A DNA stretch of 64,000 nucleotides from Eledone cirrhosa (Eukaryota): NCBI GenBank assembly GCA_964016885.1, contig OZ024741.1, positions 394,134,001 to 394,198,000 on the forward strand. The letters run 5' to 3'. A program made the position numbers and the translations under genes. Shown piece by piece: positions 27,826 through 41,083 of this stretch. The stretch's first letter is position 1; each line of letters begins with the position of its first letter. Under the pieces are notes generated by a model, which was not told the DNA's origin, searched no databases, and saw only the letters and a program-made list of their open reading frames with translations.

Positions 27826-29244
27826 TGCTTTATCCTTAGTAGGATTCGTTTTGTTTGTGTCTGTGTTTTGTTGTTATTGTCGTTGTATTTTTGCCTTTTC
27901 AGGGATCCTTTAGTTTAAATGTGATATGACATTATGGAAAATTACTTTTTTTTTTAACTTCCACACTACTTTTTGACATCTTTCACAGTTTTCATTAAAA
28001 CGTAACCTATACTTAATCTCCACATTAAGCAATTATTCCCCATGATTGACAGAATGCTTTGTGTTATTTGGTAACGTAATGTTGTGTTCTGAGTTCAAAT
28101 ACCACTCAGAGGGCTGATAAAATAAAGTACAATTCAAATACTAGGTTGACGTAATCAACCATACTCTTCCCCAGAATCTTGTGGCTTAGTCCTTATGTCA
28201 GAAATCAATTATTATTCATTATGATTGTCATTTTTATACCATCCATTTAGATTGATCTTACCTCCCGCCCCTCCGATTTAATATTATGCATAATTTTGCC
28301 TTTACGAAAGATTCTCACATTGATCAACTTTCATCAATTTTCAGTCAGTTGTAAACTTTGCTCCTGTTGTAGCTAGGCTGACATTTATTTTCCTTCAGCA
28401 GCTCTTTCACATTTATGATCAATCGTAAAACTGAGCATGAGAGGTGTTGGTCAAATTAATATGATACCTATCTATAAGTTTACATTGCAACCATTAGCCA
28501 AGACACTTAGCTCGCAATAGCCATAACGATCTACCGCTGGAAATGTACCTCACGTGGTATACTTAATTTTTGTAAGTCGTCCTATCCTATCCTTTTCCTA
28601 TCGTTGGTCGTCCAATGGGACGCCTCAGTGTAAGTCATGGCAGTAACGTAATTTGTTAGCTTGCTGAATGCTGTGTTATCTTCAATTCCTTCTCAAATGC
28701 ATCCTATACTCATATTCAAGATGAGTGTTATCCCTCATGTACTAAGTACAATATAAACTGAAGTTGAGCAGTAGCCGTGTGGATCTCTGTAGCCTGGAAA
28801 GGATTAGATGTTTAACCTAGCTTCCTCTCAAGTTGTGATAAATACTTTTCGTTGAATTGCAATTTTATTCATTTATTCCTTGGGCATGCTTGAATTTAAT
28901 TATGACTAACTTTAAATTCTCTCAATAACTGCCAAGTTTTACTGTGGAAAATTGCTCTTCATCAAGTGATATCACCCTACAATCGTACTTTTATTCCTTC
29001 GAAATTTGCAATTTATCACATGCTTCTCCTGTTTCTCAAACCAGATTTAATTTTTTTTTTCTATAATGGTAAGTCTGACATATTTGATTAAAGGTGAATT
29101 GGCAGCTGATCTTGAACATGATCTTTGGTCTGTTGTTGAGTGGGATGAGAAATGGCTTATCTTTAATATATCTAAGATTTTGTAATCCCAATAGAGAATC
29201 ATATTTGTGTTTCATTAGTATGGCTGATCACATTCTCCAAGAGA

Positions 29245-31803
29245 GATGAAGCTCTACCAGAGTCGCAATCGGGCTTTCGGGCTGGGCGTGGCACTGTGGA
29301 CATGATCTTTACAGGATTGGTTTGACCAAAATGACAAGCTTACAGACAAGCTTTTGGAGGAAAAACATATGCTCCACTCCGCATTGCTTGGTAGTGATTT
29401 AAGTACCGATCGGCAGAAGGCAATCGCTGATAAGCTGAAGCTCGTAAAAGCTGATGTGCAACGAAAATTGCGTGAAATGAAGAATAAGTGGTGGAATGAC
29501 AAAGCCGATGAAATACAACTTGCGTCGGATGTGAAGGACGTTAAGGCAATGTATAATCTTCTTCGTGAAGTGTATGGACCACCTACATCAGCAGTTGCAC
29601 CTCTTAGGACAAAGGATGGCAATCAGCTCCTTAGAGATCCCAATGATATCCTGTTGAGATGGCGGGAACACTTTAACGAGCTACTCAATAGGGATTCAGA
29701 GGTTGACGAAGAGTTTATCAGGTCCATACCTGATAAGCCAGTAAAGGAAATCCTTGCTGAGCCTCCAACGATCGAGGAGGTTAAAAGTGCTGTCTGGAAA
29801 CTTGATGGTGGAAAGTCGCCTGGATTGGATGGGCTGTATGCTGAGATCTTGAAGCACGGTGGAGAGAATCTCTTGCACCGACTTCATTCTTTGGTTCTGG
29901 ATGCCTGGAACAACAATCATGTTCCCGATGACTAGAAGGATGCTGTGATGGTTGTTTTGTACAATGGAAAGGGAGACAGGGATAACTGCGGAAACTATCG
30001 TGGGATATCACTGTTGTCTGTTGTCGGCAAAGTTCTCTGTAGAATTCTGTTGGACCGTCTATTGCTCCACATTGCTGATGAAGCTCTACCAGAGTCGCAA
30101 TCGGGCTTTCGGGCTGGGCGTGGCATTGTGGACATGATCTTTACAGCCAGACAACTGCAGGAAAAGTGTGTTGAGCAGAATGTGGATCTCTACCAGGTGT
30201 TTGTTGATCTGACAAAGGCGTTTGACACGGTCAACAGAAAGGCTTTATGGGATATCTTGAGGAAGCTGGGGTGCCCTGAGAAGTTTGTTTCCATTTTGCG
30301 TTTGTTCCATGATGACATGAAGGCATAGGTAAATGTTGGTGGAAAGCTCTCTGAGCCGGTGATGGTCGAGAATGGAGTCAAACAGGGTGACATTCCAGCT
30401 CCAACGCTCTTTGCTTTGTACTTCTCCATTGTCTTCGAACAGGCCTTCGGGAACTGCAATCATGGTATATATGTTCGCTATCGATCAACTGGAAAGCTGT
30501 TTAATACCAGGAGGTTCAATGCTAAGTCAAAGGTTCACGTGTCTCTAATCAGGGATTTGCCTTATGCAGATGACTGTGACCTGGTAGCGCACACGGAGAT
30601 TGATATGCAGCATCTCATGGATGCATTTTCTAATGCGTGTACTGCATTGGGACTTACCATAAGCCTGAAAAAGACAGTAGCTATGTACCGACCAGCCCCT
30701 GGGAAGCCATGTTGTGAGCCCAACATCTTGGTTTAGGTGAAAGGTTAAGGGTCGTTGGCAGTTTTGTATATCTTGGAAGCACTCTGAGTATGTCCTGCGA
30801 TCTTGATGGGGAAATATCAAACAGGATACAGAAAGCCAGTGATGCTTTTGGAAAACTGAACAAGCGTCTCTGGTCTCAACACGGAATTTCGGTAAAGACA
30901 AAGCTCAAAGTGTATCATGCGTGTGTGCTCGCGGCACTTCTTTATGCTTGTGAGACGTGTGTGGTCTACCGTAGACAGATGAAGCGACTTGAGAGGTTCC
31001 ACCAGTACTGCTTACGTCGGGTCCTCGGCATAACTTGGCAAATGTTTGTCAGTGACGTCGAGGTTCTGGGCAGAAGTGGCTGTGATAGTGTCGAGTCCTT
31101 GATTTTGAAACATCAGCTGCGCTGGACAGGCCATCTTGTAAGGATGAATGACAAGCAATGCTGAAGCAGCTGCTTTATGGCGAGCTCCAAATGGGAAAAA
31201 GGAACGCGAGCAAACCCAAGATGCGTTTTAAGGACTGCATCAAGGGGGCGCTCAAGAAAAGTAACATCCCTTGTGAGCACTGGGAAGCATGCGCTAGCGA
31301 CCGATCTCATTGGAGGAAAGCAGTGGCTAGTGGCATGAGTCTATTTGAGGAAACAAGAAGAAGGCACGCGACACTAAAAAGAGATGCCCGGAAAGGAATC
31401 CATGTTGGCCTTCCCGAAGGCACTGACAGACGGCCTGACCTGACATGTGAGACCTGTAATAGGGCTTGTCTGAGCATGGCAGGTCTAAAGAGTCACCTGA
31501 GAGTGCACAAGAACAGGGAAGCAGGCACCTGTGGAGCTATAAGTGTTCATCAGACGACGACATGTAATGTTTGTGGAAGGGTATGCAGGTCGAGTAGTAA
31601 TCTCACACGACACCTTGGGTCACATGGTACCATGGGCCCAACACTAGGTGTCAATAATTGTCACAAGTGTAGTGTTTGTACCAGAGTTTTCAAGTCGCTG
31701 GCTGGACTAAAAAGCCACACTCGTTCAGCGCATCGGTAGGGGTTCTCCTGCATGGATATAAAGTAGTGGCCGTACTCGAAAACGAGTTGGCAGCCACCAC
31801 CAT
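29245..31803 (+). mobile_element. RTE-clade LINE, 5'-truncated, few lesions, three C-terminal C2H2 fingers
   Basis: NYRGISLLS, FVDLTKAFDTV, GVKQG, YADD, KQLLYGEL; tail CACCAT(GTAT)n. Confidence 0.92.
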
Positions 31804-31828
31804 GTATGTATGTATGTATGTATGTATG

Positions 31829-34085
31829 TTTTCTCTTTCTCTTAATTTCGAGTATATTTTTTTGACCGGCCACCTTCCTGGTGGCAAGGTTGTAAAAGAA
31901 AAGAAATTGTCATCCCTTGAATCGCAAGAATGTTTTGCATATTTTGAAGGTGCCAGCTATCGCAGCCATTTGTAGACTATGAATTAGGGAGCTGCGCTTT
32001 TTGTCCGCAAATCCAAGTTCGGTCATACTTTGGTCCAAGCGGGTTGGTATATAACCCGTAGCACCAATAATGATGGGTATGAAGCTAAAGGTGTATCTTG
32101 GATACTGGATTTGTAAGCTCCTCATCAATGGTCCGTAGATGTCCTCCTTCTCCTGTATTTTTCTGACAACGTTTACATCAAGTGGGCAGCTGATCTCCAC
32201 AACAGAACACGTTTTCAATGTGTGGTCCCAAACTACAATATCAGGCCGGTTGTGCTTTAATTTGGTGGCAGTTTTTATTTTCAGGTTCCACCAGTATTCC
32301 TTAGTGCCATCTGTCTCAATATATTCTTCCTCGTTTGTTGTTAATTTTGTTTTCCGAAGTGCGTTCCAGATAGTTCTAGCTATCCCATCGTGTCTCATGG
32401 GGAGGTAGTAGCGAGATGACATTCTTTCGCAGCTGGCAACAATGTGGCTTACATCCTCGATCTTTGTTTTACATAGCCTACATTTATTGTCAGCTGCTGG
32501 CCCTCCTCTTTTGTGCAGCAGATATTTGGTAGGGAGTTCTTGTTCCTGTATTGCATAGAGATATCCCTCAAGGTGTGATGTCATAAACCTGTCGGAACTC
32601 CATGCCAGGCTTTTTGAGTGGTTTATCCCCTCTATGGTCTGTGTTTTACGCCTCAAGTATCCATGCACAACTTTCTCTGTAAATTGGTCAATTTTTTTTT
32701 CTTGTTTGAACATTGAATAGGATCTTCCGATTTCTCTGGGTGAGAGATTTATATCAGGCTTTATTCCATATCTCTCCTCCAGATCAGTCGCTATTCTAAT
32801 GATATTTCTTTTTTCATGCTCATAAACCTGAGCAAGATGGTCGCCAACCTTTTTCCTCTGTTGAAGGTGTTGCTTCAGTGTTACTATCCGGGTCTCATAT
32901 GTTGTTAATATTGATTTTAGACCCCGGCCACCTTCCTTGCGTGAGAAGTATAGCCTATCCACATCACCATTGATGTTAAAGTTCCCAGTAACACTGAGAA
33001 GTTTACGAGTTCTAACATCCATCTCACTTAGTTCTTGCAATGACCAGTTCAGTAGGCCAAATGTTGGCGTTATAATTGGCACAGCATAGGTATTGTGGGC
33101 AATGTATTTGTTGTATGCTGACAGTTCTGATGACCATATTTTTTTTACTCTTCTGAGGTATTCAGTTCTGGTTCTCTCCTTATTTATGGGTCCATCATAT
33201 CTGACATTCTCATCCTGTCCAAGATATCTGTAGTTGTCACCTGACTGCAGAGGTTGTATTGTCAGGCCGTTCATATCTAGATTTCTAGAGGAGGGCACAG
33301 CTCTTCCACGTTTTACTGCCAAATATGCACACTTGGACTCACCAAATTTCATTTTGATGTCGGTTGAAAATTGTGTAATGAGGTCCAATTGTTTCTTGAT
33401 GTCATTGATATTTGGCCCATACAACTTCAGGTCATCAACAAAGAAAAGATGGGAGATACTTCTGGGCCCACTTCTTTGTCCACCTTGTTTCCTGAGTAGG
33501 TAAGATAGTGGATTCAGTGAGAGAACGAAGAGTAGTACTGACAAGCTATCACCCTGAAAGATGCCCTTCTGGTAATGTATCCTATCAGTCTTAACCTGCT
33601 CCTTCTCACCTCTAAGGATCAAATTGGTGTACCAGTTCTTGGTCAGGCGTTCAACAGCAGCTACTAATGGTTGTGGGACTTTAGCTAACTGTAAAGCCTT
33701 AATAATCCACCCATGAGGTACACTATCAAATGCTTTTTGATAGTCCAGCCACACGACAGTCATGTTTCTGCGATTCTTTGTTGTTTTTTCCTGAATCATT
33801 TTGTTAGTTAGTAGGTGATCTATGCAACCCCACACCTCCCTCTTTCCACCAGCTTGCTCAGGTGTTATGATGTTGTTGGTAGCACAGTGATCCTGTAAGA
33901 ACAGGTTAAGGCACCCAGTATATAATTTATACATGATGTTTTGGCAGGCAATTGGGCGGTAATTTTTAGCAAGGGTGGTTTGGCTATTTTGGGGAATGAG
34001 GAGAGTAGTGGCAGTTGATAACCATCTGGGCAGTTCTTGTGTGCCCTTAATGGTTTCTGTAAACAGCCGTATGAGATCTTGCCGG
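31829..34085 (-). mobile_element. Dong-CATA copy, 5'-truncated, with an uninterrupted RT-CCHC-RLE frame
   Basis: 31910-34085 is open and nearly identical to 25205-27373; (TATG)n on both sides. Confidence 0.92.
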
Positions 34086-34140
34086 TATGTATGTATGTAT
34101 GTATGTATGTATGTATGTATGTATGTATGTATGTATGTAT

Positions 34141-34942
34141 GTGCACAGTCTTTCCTCACTTTAAAAAATATCTTTGCGCACAGGCATTGCACGCTAGAAT
34201 TAATTATTAATAATAGTATATCGTGCAATGGCCATACTCGATAACGAGGGGGCAGCCATCATGTATATATGTATGTATCTATGTATATATGTTATGTAGG
34301 GTCACTCTTGAATGCTACTGATAACATGTAACCCAGTACAACCTGTCGCATGGTCGGGTAGTCGGCAACTAAACCGGCTACCCCACCAAGTTTACTTGGC
34401 GGGGAGGGTGATTTTGGACACCCTGTAGGACAAAAAAAGAAAACCTGACAAAGGGCGGAAGAAATCATTAGAGTTAACGGCCATTCAAAATTGTGTAAAT
34501 ATGTATATACATATAAACATGTATATATATATATGTGTGTGTGTTTGTGTGTGTATATGTGTGTGTGTGTGCGTGTGTGTGTGCGCGTGTGTGTGTGTGT
34601 GTGCGTGCGTGTGTATACATATGCGCGGGGATAGAAATAATCGGGCTGGATACCTGATCGCGCGTTTAAACCACTGGGAGTGTCAGTGAAGGACCCCTAG
34701 CCTTTGTCAGGCATTCTTCTAGAAGGCAACTCAGGAAACTGGGATAACTCCGACATAAAACCTGCGGCTCAGTAGTTACCGATGATGTTGATCTTTTCTT
34801 CTTTTTTGGTTATAGCTACTGTTGTTCACTTTAAAAAAAATCTTCACGCACAGGCATTGCACGATAGCATTAATTGAAAATTATTAATAATGTTACATCG
34901 TGCAATGGCCATACTCGATAACGAGGGGGGGGGGGCAGCCAT
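34141..34942 (+). mobile_element. Family B 3' fragment (34141-34262) and near-full copy (34298-34942)
   Basis: Reverse complement of 20773-21285; internal TG microsatellite at 34500-34620. Confidence 0.8.
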
Positions 34943-35642
34943 ATGGACCAGTAACTCCTGGTTGAGTCATAGAGGCGCCGTAGTGAGGTACAACATGTGT
35001 AACATTCTAATAAATCCGCCAGTGCACAACCCTAGTTTGGTACTTTATTTAATCAAAACTAAAAATGAAAAAACGGAACCGCAGATTATTTTGACCGATG
35101 CGCCCATGAGTTTTTCAATTTATGGAGCTGATAATTACCGAGCTGTTGCACAATAAAATCAGTCTGACTGTTTTTTTTTGTTTGTTTTTCACCATATAAA
35201 TGCAACCTAATCATTACTCTGATTTCATATACAACAAACAAGAATATTTTAAACAAATATTTTCTTCAAATAATTTTTATTCGCAATTCTGAGTAAGTTA
35301 TCTCCCTTACACTATAACAGTTGTCTCCCTGGGTTTCAAAAGTAAAGCAGTAAGCCAAAAGAATTTCGAACAACGAGAAAATCATCCTTTTTAACATGTT
35401 CTACATCAATAAGATTATTTCTATCCTTGTAGATATATTTGTCCTCCCATTATTATGAACTGCAAACAATGGTTTATGTTAAATATTATGGTAAATAGGT
35501 AAAAACGAAATGAAATAAGACCTATAGATAAATGAACTAAAAACTTATATTTTCTACAGAGTGAAAAGAAAACAATTATAAACGATTTATCAATAAATCA
35601 AAGAATAAAATTATATTAAGCGCTACACACACACGCGCACGT

Positions 35643-35748
<106 letters not shown>

Positions 35749-37485
35749 CATCAACATCACCACCAAGAAATATAGGAATGTCAGATTATAAATTAATTAA
35801 GTAATCAATGGCGATGCGACTATTAAAAAAATCATCATTGTTAAAAGTAACCGAGTGCCACTGATAAAATAGTTTTGATCTTTGAACACATACTCTCCAT
35901 ACCATCCACCAACATAATGAGAAGTCCTCCTCCCAACTTGCTATAAAAAATGCGTCAGGGTTTTCCTCTCTTCAGAGAGGTGCATCCTCGCGAGTATTTC
36001 TGTCCTCCTGTGAGCCAATGATGTATCCTTCACATTTCTTGAGCAGAAAGGACAAGGGGTTTAATGACAGGATAAGTAGTATCTCAGAGAGACTGTCTCC
36101 TTGAAATATACTCCTGTGATACTCTATTTTCTGTTTTTAACTTTTTTGTTTTATGTATGTATGTAAGGGAAAATTTAGATCGGACAACACACCCTGTCTA
36201 TTTCGTGGGGAAAGTTTTGTTTAATTTTTGTATTCTCAAACATCCAAATTCGACAAAATCTTTGACCCACTAGAAGCTGCAAATAACCTGACAGAAGTTG
36301 TGAAAGTTGTATACATATTTTTATGTATTTTCCCAATGCAATCGTTTATTTACACCCTAATGCATTTTAATCTAATATGGCTAAATTTCAAATTTTGAAA
36401 AGAAAAGAAAAGGGATAAATGAAATAAATACATTTCACTGCTCCCACCACCACATTTACGTCTACACTCTCCCCACAAACACAAGTCAATCCCCAATCTA
36501 TTTCTAGACTAAAGTCACTGACCTGTTACCAAACTCCCTACTGTGTGTTGAACGTGTGTTGGTATATATATGTATATATATATATATATATTGACTGATG
36601 AATAGCTTAAGTTAACTTTAACCATTCTGTTGAGAGCTTTATTCGATTTGTGATGTTTTGCATTCTTGCAATAATATACACAACTGAATTCATTCGCCTA
36701 AAATAAGGGTTGCCTCCCTTGCCGAACCCCACGTGGGGTCAGTAATAGTCATTCCTTGTATTAGCACTGGAACTAAAACCTGTTGAAAAAGTGGCTTCCT
36801 TGTTCAATCATCTTACCAGAAGCCTAACATTATTTATGTAAGCGGACAGTACTTGATTTAGGAGCCGCAGAAATCCAAATGCTGGATTTTACCAACCTTC
36901 CAGGGGTCCGGGTAAATTTTCAATCACATATATTTTTATTTGTTTGGCCCGAATTACTTGGTCGTTTCTTTGGCTGTGCGGATGATTGTTTAACCATCGA
37001 CTCAGTGTGTTTGGCCTTTAACGTATGTTGTAGTTCTGGTTCATCTAAATCATTGAGGGCTTGCCACACATCTCGGAAGTTGTTTTTCGTTAATTCCTAA
37101 GCCGAAATACGATTCTCGCTAATTTATATTTATATATATATATAATTGGATATTTAGTAAAATCGAATCTCTGGCGGTGTGCAAGCAAATTCAGCCTACT
37201 ATGAGAATGAGTTAGCAAAGCACTCGACAAGGTAGGTCCTCAGAGTAATAACATACGTTTAAATAGCTTGACAAATTGAACATTGTGGTAGGCAAAATCT
37301 AACACACAATAATATACCAAAGTAACGAAAAAACTAACAGGTTGAGAAAAATACACCTGGACAAATCAAACGTTATACGTTTAAAGTGTTTCTATGAATC
37401 CGAAATCAAATATCAGACTTACGTAACTGGCAAGCTCCTGGTATTGATGATTGAACAGAGGATTCAGTTCATCAACAGATTTTCG

Positions 37486-37522
<37 letters not shown>

Positions 37523-37667
37523 TAACGAAAATCTGTTGAGTATATTCCTAATTAAACGTTCGGGGTGCTAACTAAATGTATTGTGTGGAAAATTGGTTGT
37601 ATTATTTCATATGAGACATATCGAATATATCTCTTATATATATATATATATATATAGGAAAAAGTAT

Positions 37668-37767
37668 GACCCCCGACGACAGAGCTAAAGCCGTTTCGAC
37701 GGCTATTTCTGGACTAAATTAGAATTTTTAGCGTGGTAAATAAATAGCCGAACTTGTCAAGGGGTAC
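37668..37767 (-). ncRNA. Type I hammerhead ribozyme, U3-A8 core variant
   Basis: CCCC-UUGACAA-G(UU)CGGCUAUUU..AAAUAGCCG(U)C-GAAA-CGGC..GUCG-UC-GGGG. Confidence 0.65.
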
Positions 37768-38245
37768 TTCCTTATATGGGAAGATTGTAGTTGTCAAAGG
37801 ATTGGTCAAAATTTGTTGTAAACACAAATAAGTCTGTCATGAAATTTGATGGGAGGTAGGAGTGGCTGAACTTGCCTGTAGAACAATGAAGGAGTGAGTG
37901 GAGTCGGTCAAGCATTGAAAGTGAAATCTATACAGCAAATTCTAAGGATAGTGTATGAAAAGTCGAAAAATTGTTCTGGAGAAAATGGAGGAGGGAAGTT
38001 ATAGAATAGGTAAGTCAAATGAGAGTAGGAGACAATAAAAAGTAATAGAAAGAAATATAAAGAAAATATATAAAATTAGATAGGGAGAAATGAATAAAAA
38101 AAAACAAAAAAAAACAGTAGAGTCTAGAAACAGCTGCTACAATTAGTAGGTGTTGCTTGTACGGCCAAAGCTATAGAAAAGGTTAATAAGTTGAGAATGG
38201 AAAACACTAAATAAGAAATTGTAGAAGTGGGTAGTGAAAAAATAT

Positions 38246-38590
38246 AATTGTTTCTACTTTTGGCACAAGGCCAGAAATTACCCAGTACATTACTGGTACT
38301 TTATTTTATCGACCCCGTGAGGATGAAAGGCAAAGTTAACCTCGACGGGATTTGAACTCAGACCGTAAAGGGACGTAACTATGCTGGAAAGCATGGTGTC
38401 CGACATATAATTGTTTCTACTTTAAGCACAAGGCCAGCAATCACCCAGTGCATTACTGGTACTTTATTTTATCGACCCCGTAAGGATGAAAGGCAAAGTC
38501 AACCTCGACGGGATTTGAACTCAGATCGTAAAGGGACGTAACTATGCTGGAAAGCATGGCGTCCGACCCTCTACCGATACTGCCAATGTC
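38246..38590 (-). mobile_element. Two tandem tRNA-related SINE copies
   Basis: Reverse complement of 63695-63882; 38246-38405 duplicates 38406-38565. Confidence 0.8.
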
Positions 38591-38911
38591 CGACATATAA
38601 TGCAAACTTTTCAGGGGTCTAACACAGCTGCTATAAATAGTTAGTAAAGCGTATTCCGCCAATGCTATCTTACAATTACAGGTTGAGAATAGAAAATACT
38701 AAATAAGAAATTTTGAAATTGTAGAATTGGAGTAGTAACAAAAATAATACAAAATTACAGGGGTTTAACACATCTGCCATAAATAGTTAGTAAAGCATAT
38801 TCGGCCAATTCTATCTTAAAATTACAGGGGTGGTGATACTGAGGCTACAGAGGCCCGATGGGCTGCATCGGGGTAGGCGGAAGGGGAAAAACAGATTGTC
38901 AATATCTCTGG

Positions 38912-38942
<31 letters not shown>

Positions 38943-39489
38943 GGAGTGTGAGCTGACAAACAGCAGTAATTTTGCCAACTGGACAGTGGGTGAGTGACAG
39001 CTCACGCCCGGACAGTCAGTGGGCTGCTACCAGTAGTCAGAACAATGATGACGTCACTAACCAGTGACCAAGGACGCGCAAAGCGGATGAAGGTGGACGA
39101 TATAGGCCGGTAGGGCCAGAAACCCCAGAAGGAGGATATGATCCGAAATCAATAGACATGTCCGAGGAACCTGCGAGACTAGAGTCAGGTCGATCCACAC
39201 ATGGATCGCGCCTCGAGCTGTCCGCCGGAGAAACAATTGTAACACACAATAAATTGAGTTCAGATGCATCACTGATTTTTCGTTTTCCATTCTATATATA
39301 TATCACTCAATCAAAACGATCAACGTTCAACGAACACCAACATCTGCAACAATAACAACAACAGCATCAGAACGAACACCAACACCAATATTTACAGCAA
39401 CAACATCAAAAAGAACAACAACAATATCTACAACAACAACAGCGGCATCAAACTATAAAAAAAAAAACAACAACATCAACTGTCACTAT

Positions 39490-41083
39490 GTGTGTGTGGT
39501 ATGTATGGATGTCAATAAGTGAGAAGGAAACTCCTCAAAACCTGTGGTTGAAGCAACACCTAGTCATCTTGCTTCGGAATGTCACTGGGTTCTAGCTACG
39601 GATACTCAGAGAGTGGTACTCGTGTTGTACAAGCGTTTACCACGATAATATACTGGTGTACAGATGCCTCTTACATCTTTCTTCGTCTATCCTATTTCTA
39701 AATACTGCGGTGATAGACGAGGGGTAACATGTGCAGACCTGACCTGTTGGAAGCTTATAGTCACAAGTCTACACACAGGTGCCCTGAGCTTACTTTGCCT
39801 CAAAATACGCGAAAGATCGAGTCAAACTCATCATTTGTTGTTGGAACGTTAGGACACTCCTGGACAGAAACTCGTCTGGACGTCCAGAACGTAGAACTGC
39901 ATTTGTGACAAAAGAACTCAGAAGATTAAATATAGACATAGCAGCTTTATCTGAAACATGTTTGGCAGGAGAAGATCAGTTAACAGAAATATCATCAGTG
40001 AGATGGTCCTTGATTCTTTCTAAGAGTCTCTTCCTGCTGCCATTGCATGCACACCTTCTGACGATAAGCTATTACTTGTCGGTGATTTTAATGTTCGTGT
40101 GGGTAGTGATCACGAGACGTGGGGCGCCATTGGTCCATTTGGTATTGGTAAAATGAACATTAGTGGCCTGAAGTTGCTTGAACTTTGCTCAAAACTCAAC
40201 TTAACCATCTGCAACACTCTTTTCCGTCAGAAGCACAAATACAAAGCTACCTGGTATCATCCAAGATCCAAGTATGAACAAATGATTGATTTCATTATCA
40301 CTCTTAAACGAGATCTAACTGATGTGTGTACAGTGCATGTATCGCATAGTGCAGAATATGGCACTGACCAAAAATTAGCGCGAGGAAAGTTCAAGATGAG
40401 TATCCGCCAAAGAATTCGTATGAGTGGAGTGGAAGCACCTAAAGGCATTGGTGTCACCAAACTGAGGCGAGTAGATGTGCGTGAAACCCGAACTGGAAGA
40501 TTTGATAGTCTTGATTTTGATGGCACCTGGGAAAACTTTAGAGATCAAGTTTACTCAGTGGGAGCTGAGTTATTTGGCTTCAGAACCAAGAAACATCAGG
40601 AATGTTTCGATGACAACAATCCTAATATCAATCAGCTACTGAAAACCAAGCACACACTCTATGAAACTCTCCTGAATCAGAATCCCGTAGCACAACCAGC
40701 TGTCAGGAAAACATACAAGTATCATAAGGCAACACTGCGACGCGAACTGCACAGCATGCAAAATGAGTGGTGGAGTAATATCTCTTCGGAAATCCAACAG
40801 GCTTTTAACCCCAAAGGTTCGAAGTCATTTTACTCTTTGATACGCCAAGTTGTTGGCCCACCAACATCCTCAGTACCTCATCAGATATCTAAATATGATG
40901 CTAATATTATCATCAAAGAGCCCTAAAAAATCCTTCAGATTTGGGAGGAACATTTTACTGACCTGTTTGAGAACCCATCAGCAGTCAATTTTGGAGTGAT
41001 AGAGGGCCTTCCTCAATGTGAAACAGTCCACCGTATGGATCGAATTCCCTCTGCTGATGAACTAAAGCTGGCAGTCAAGCAGG
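39490..41083 (+). mobile_element. RTE-clade LINE 5' part (5' UTR plus APE endonuclease), degenerate
   Basis: WNVRTL, LNIDIAALSET, GDFNVRVG, CNTLF, TWYHPRSK..IDFII; 5' UTR motif GAGAAGGAAACTC. Confidence 0.85.

Noticed and set aside
28200-29244. Traces of CR1-like coding sequence
   Set aside because: Too decayed to set boundaries or family with confidence.
31910-34228. 772-aa ORF as an intact gene
   Set aside because: The first ~48 codons are read-through of a family B fragment and (CATA)n; the rest is a 5'-truncated LINE.
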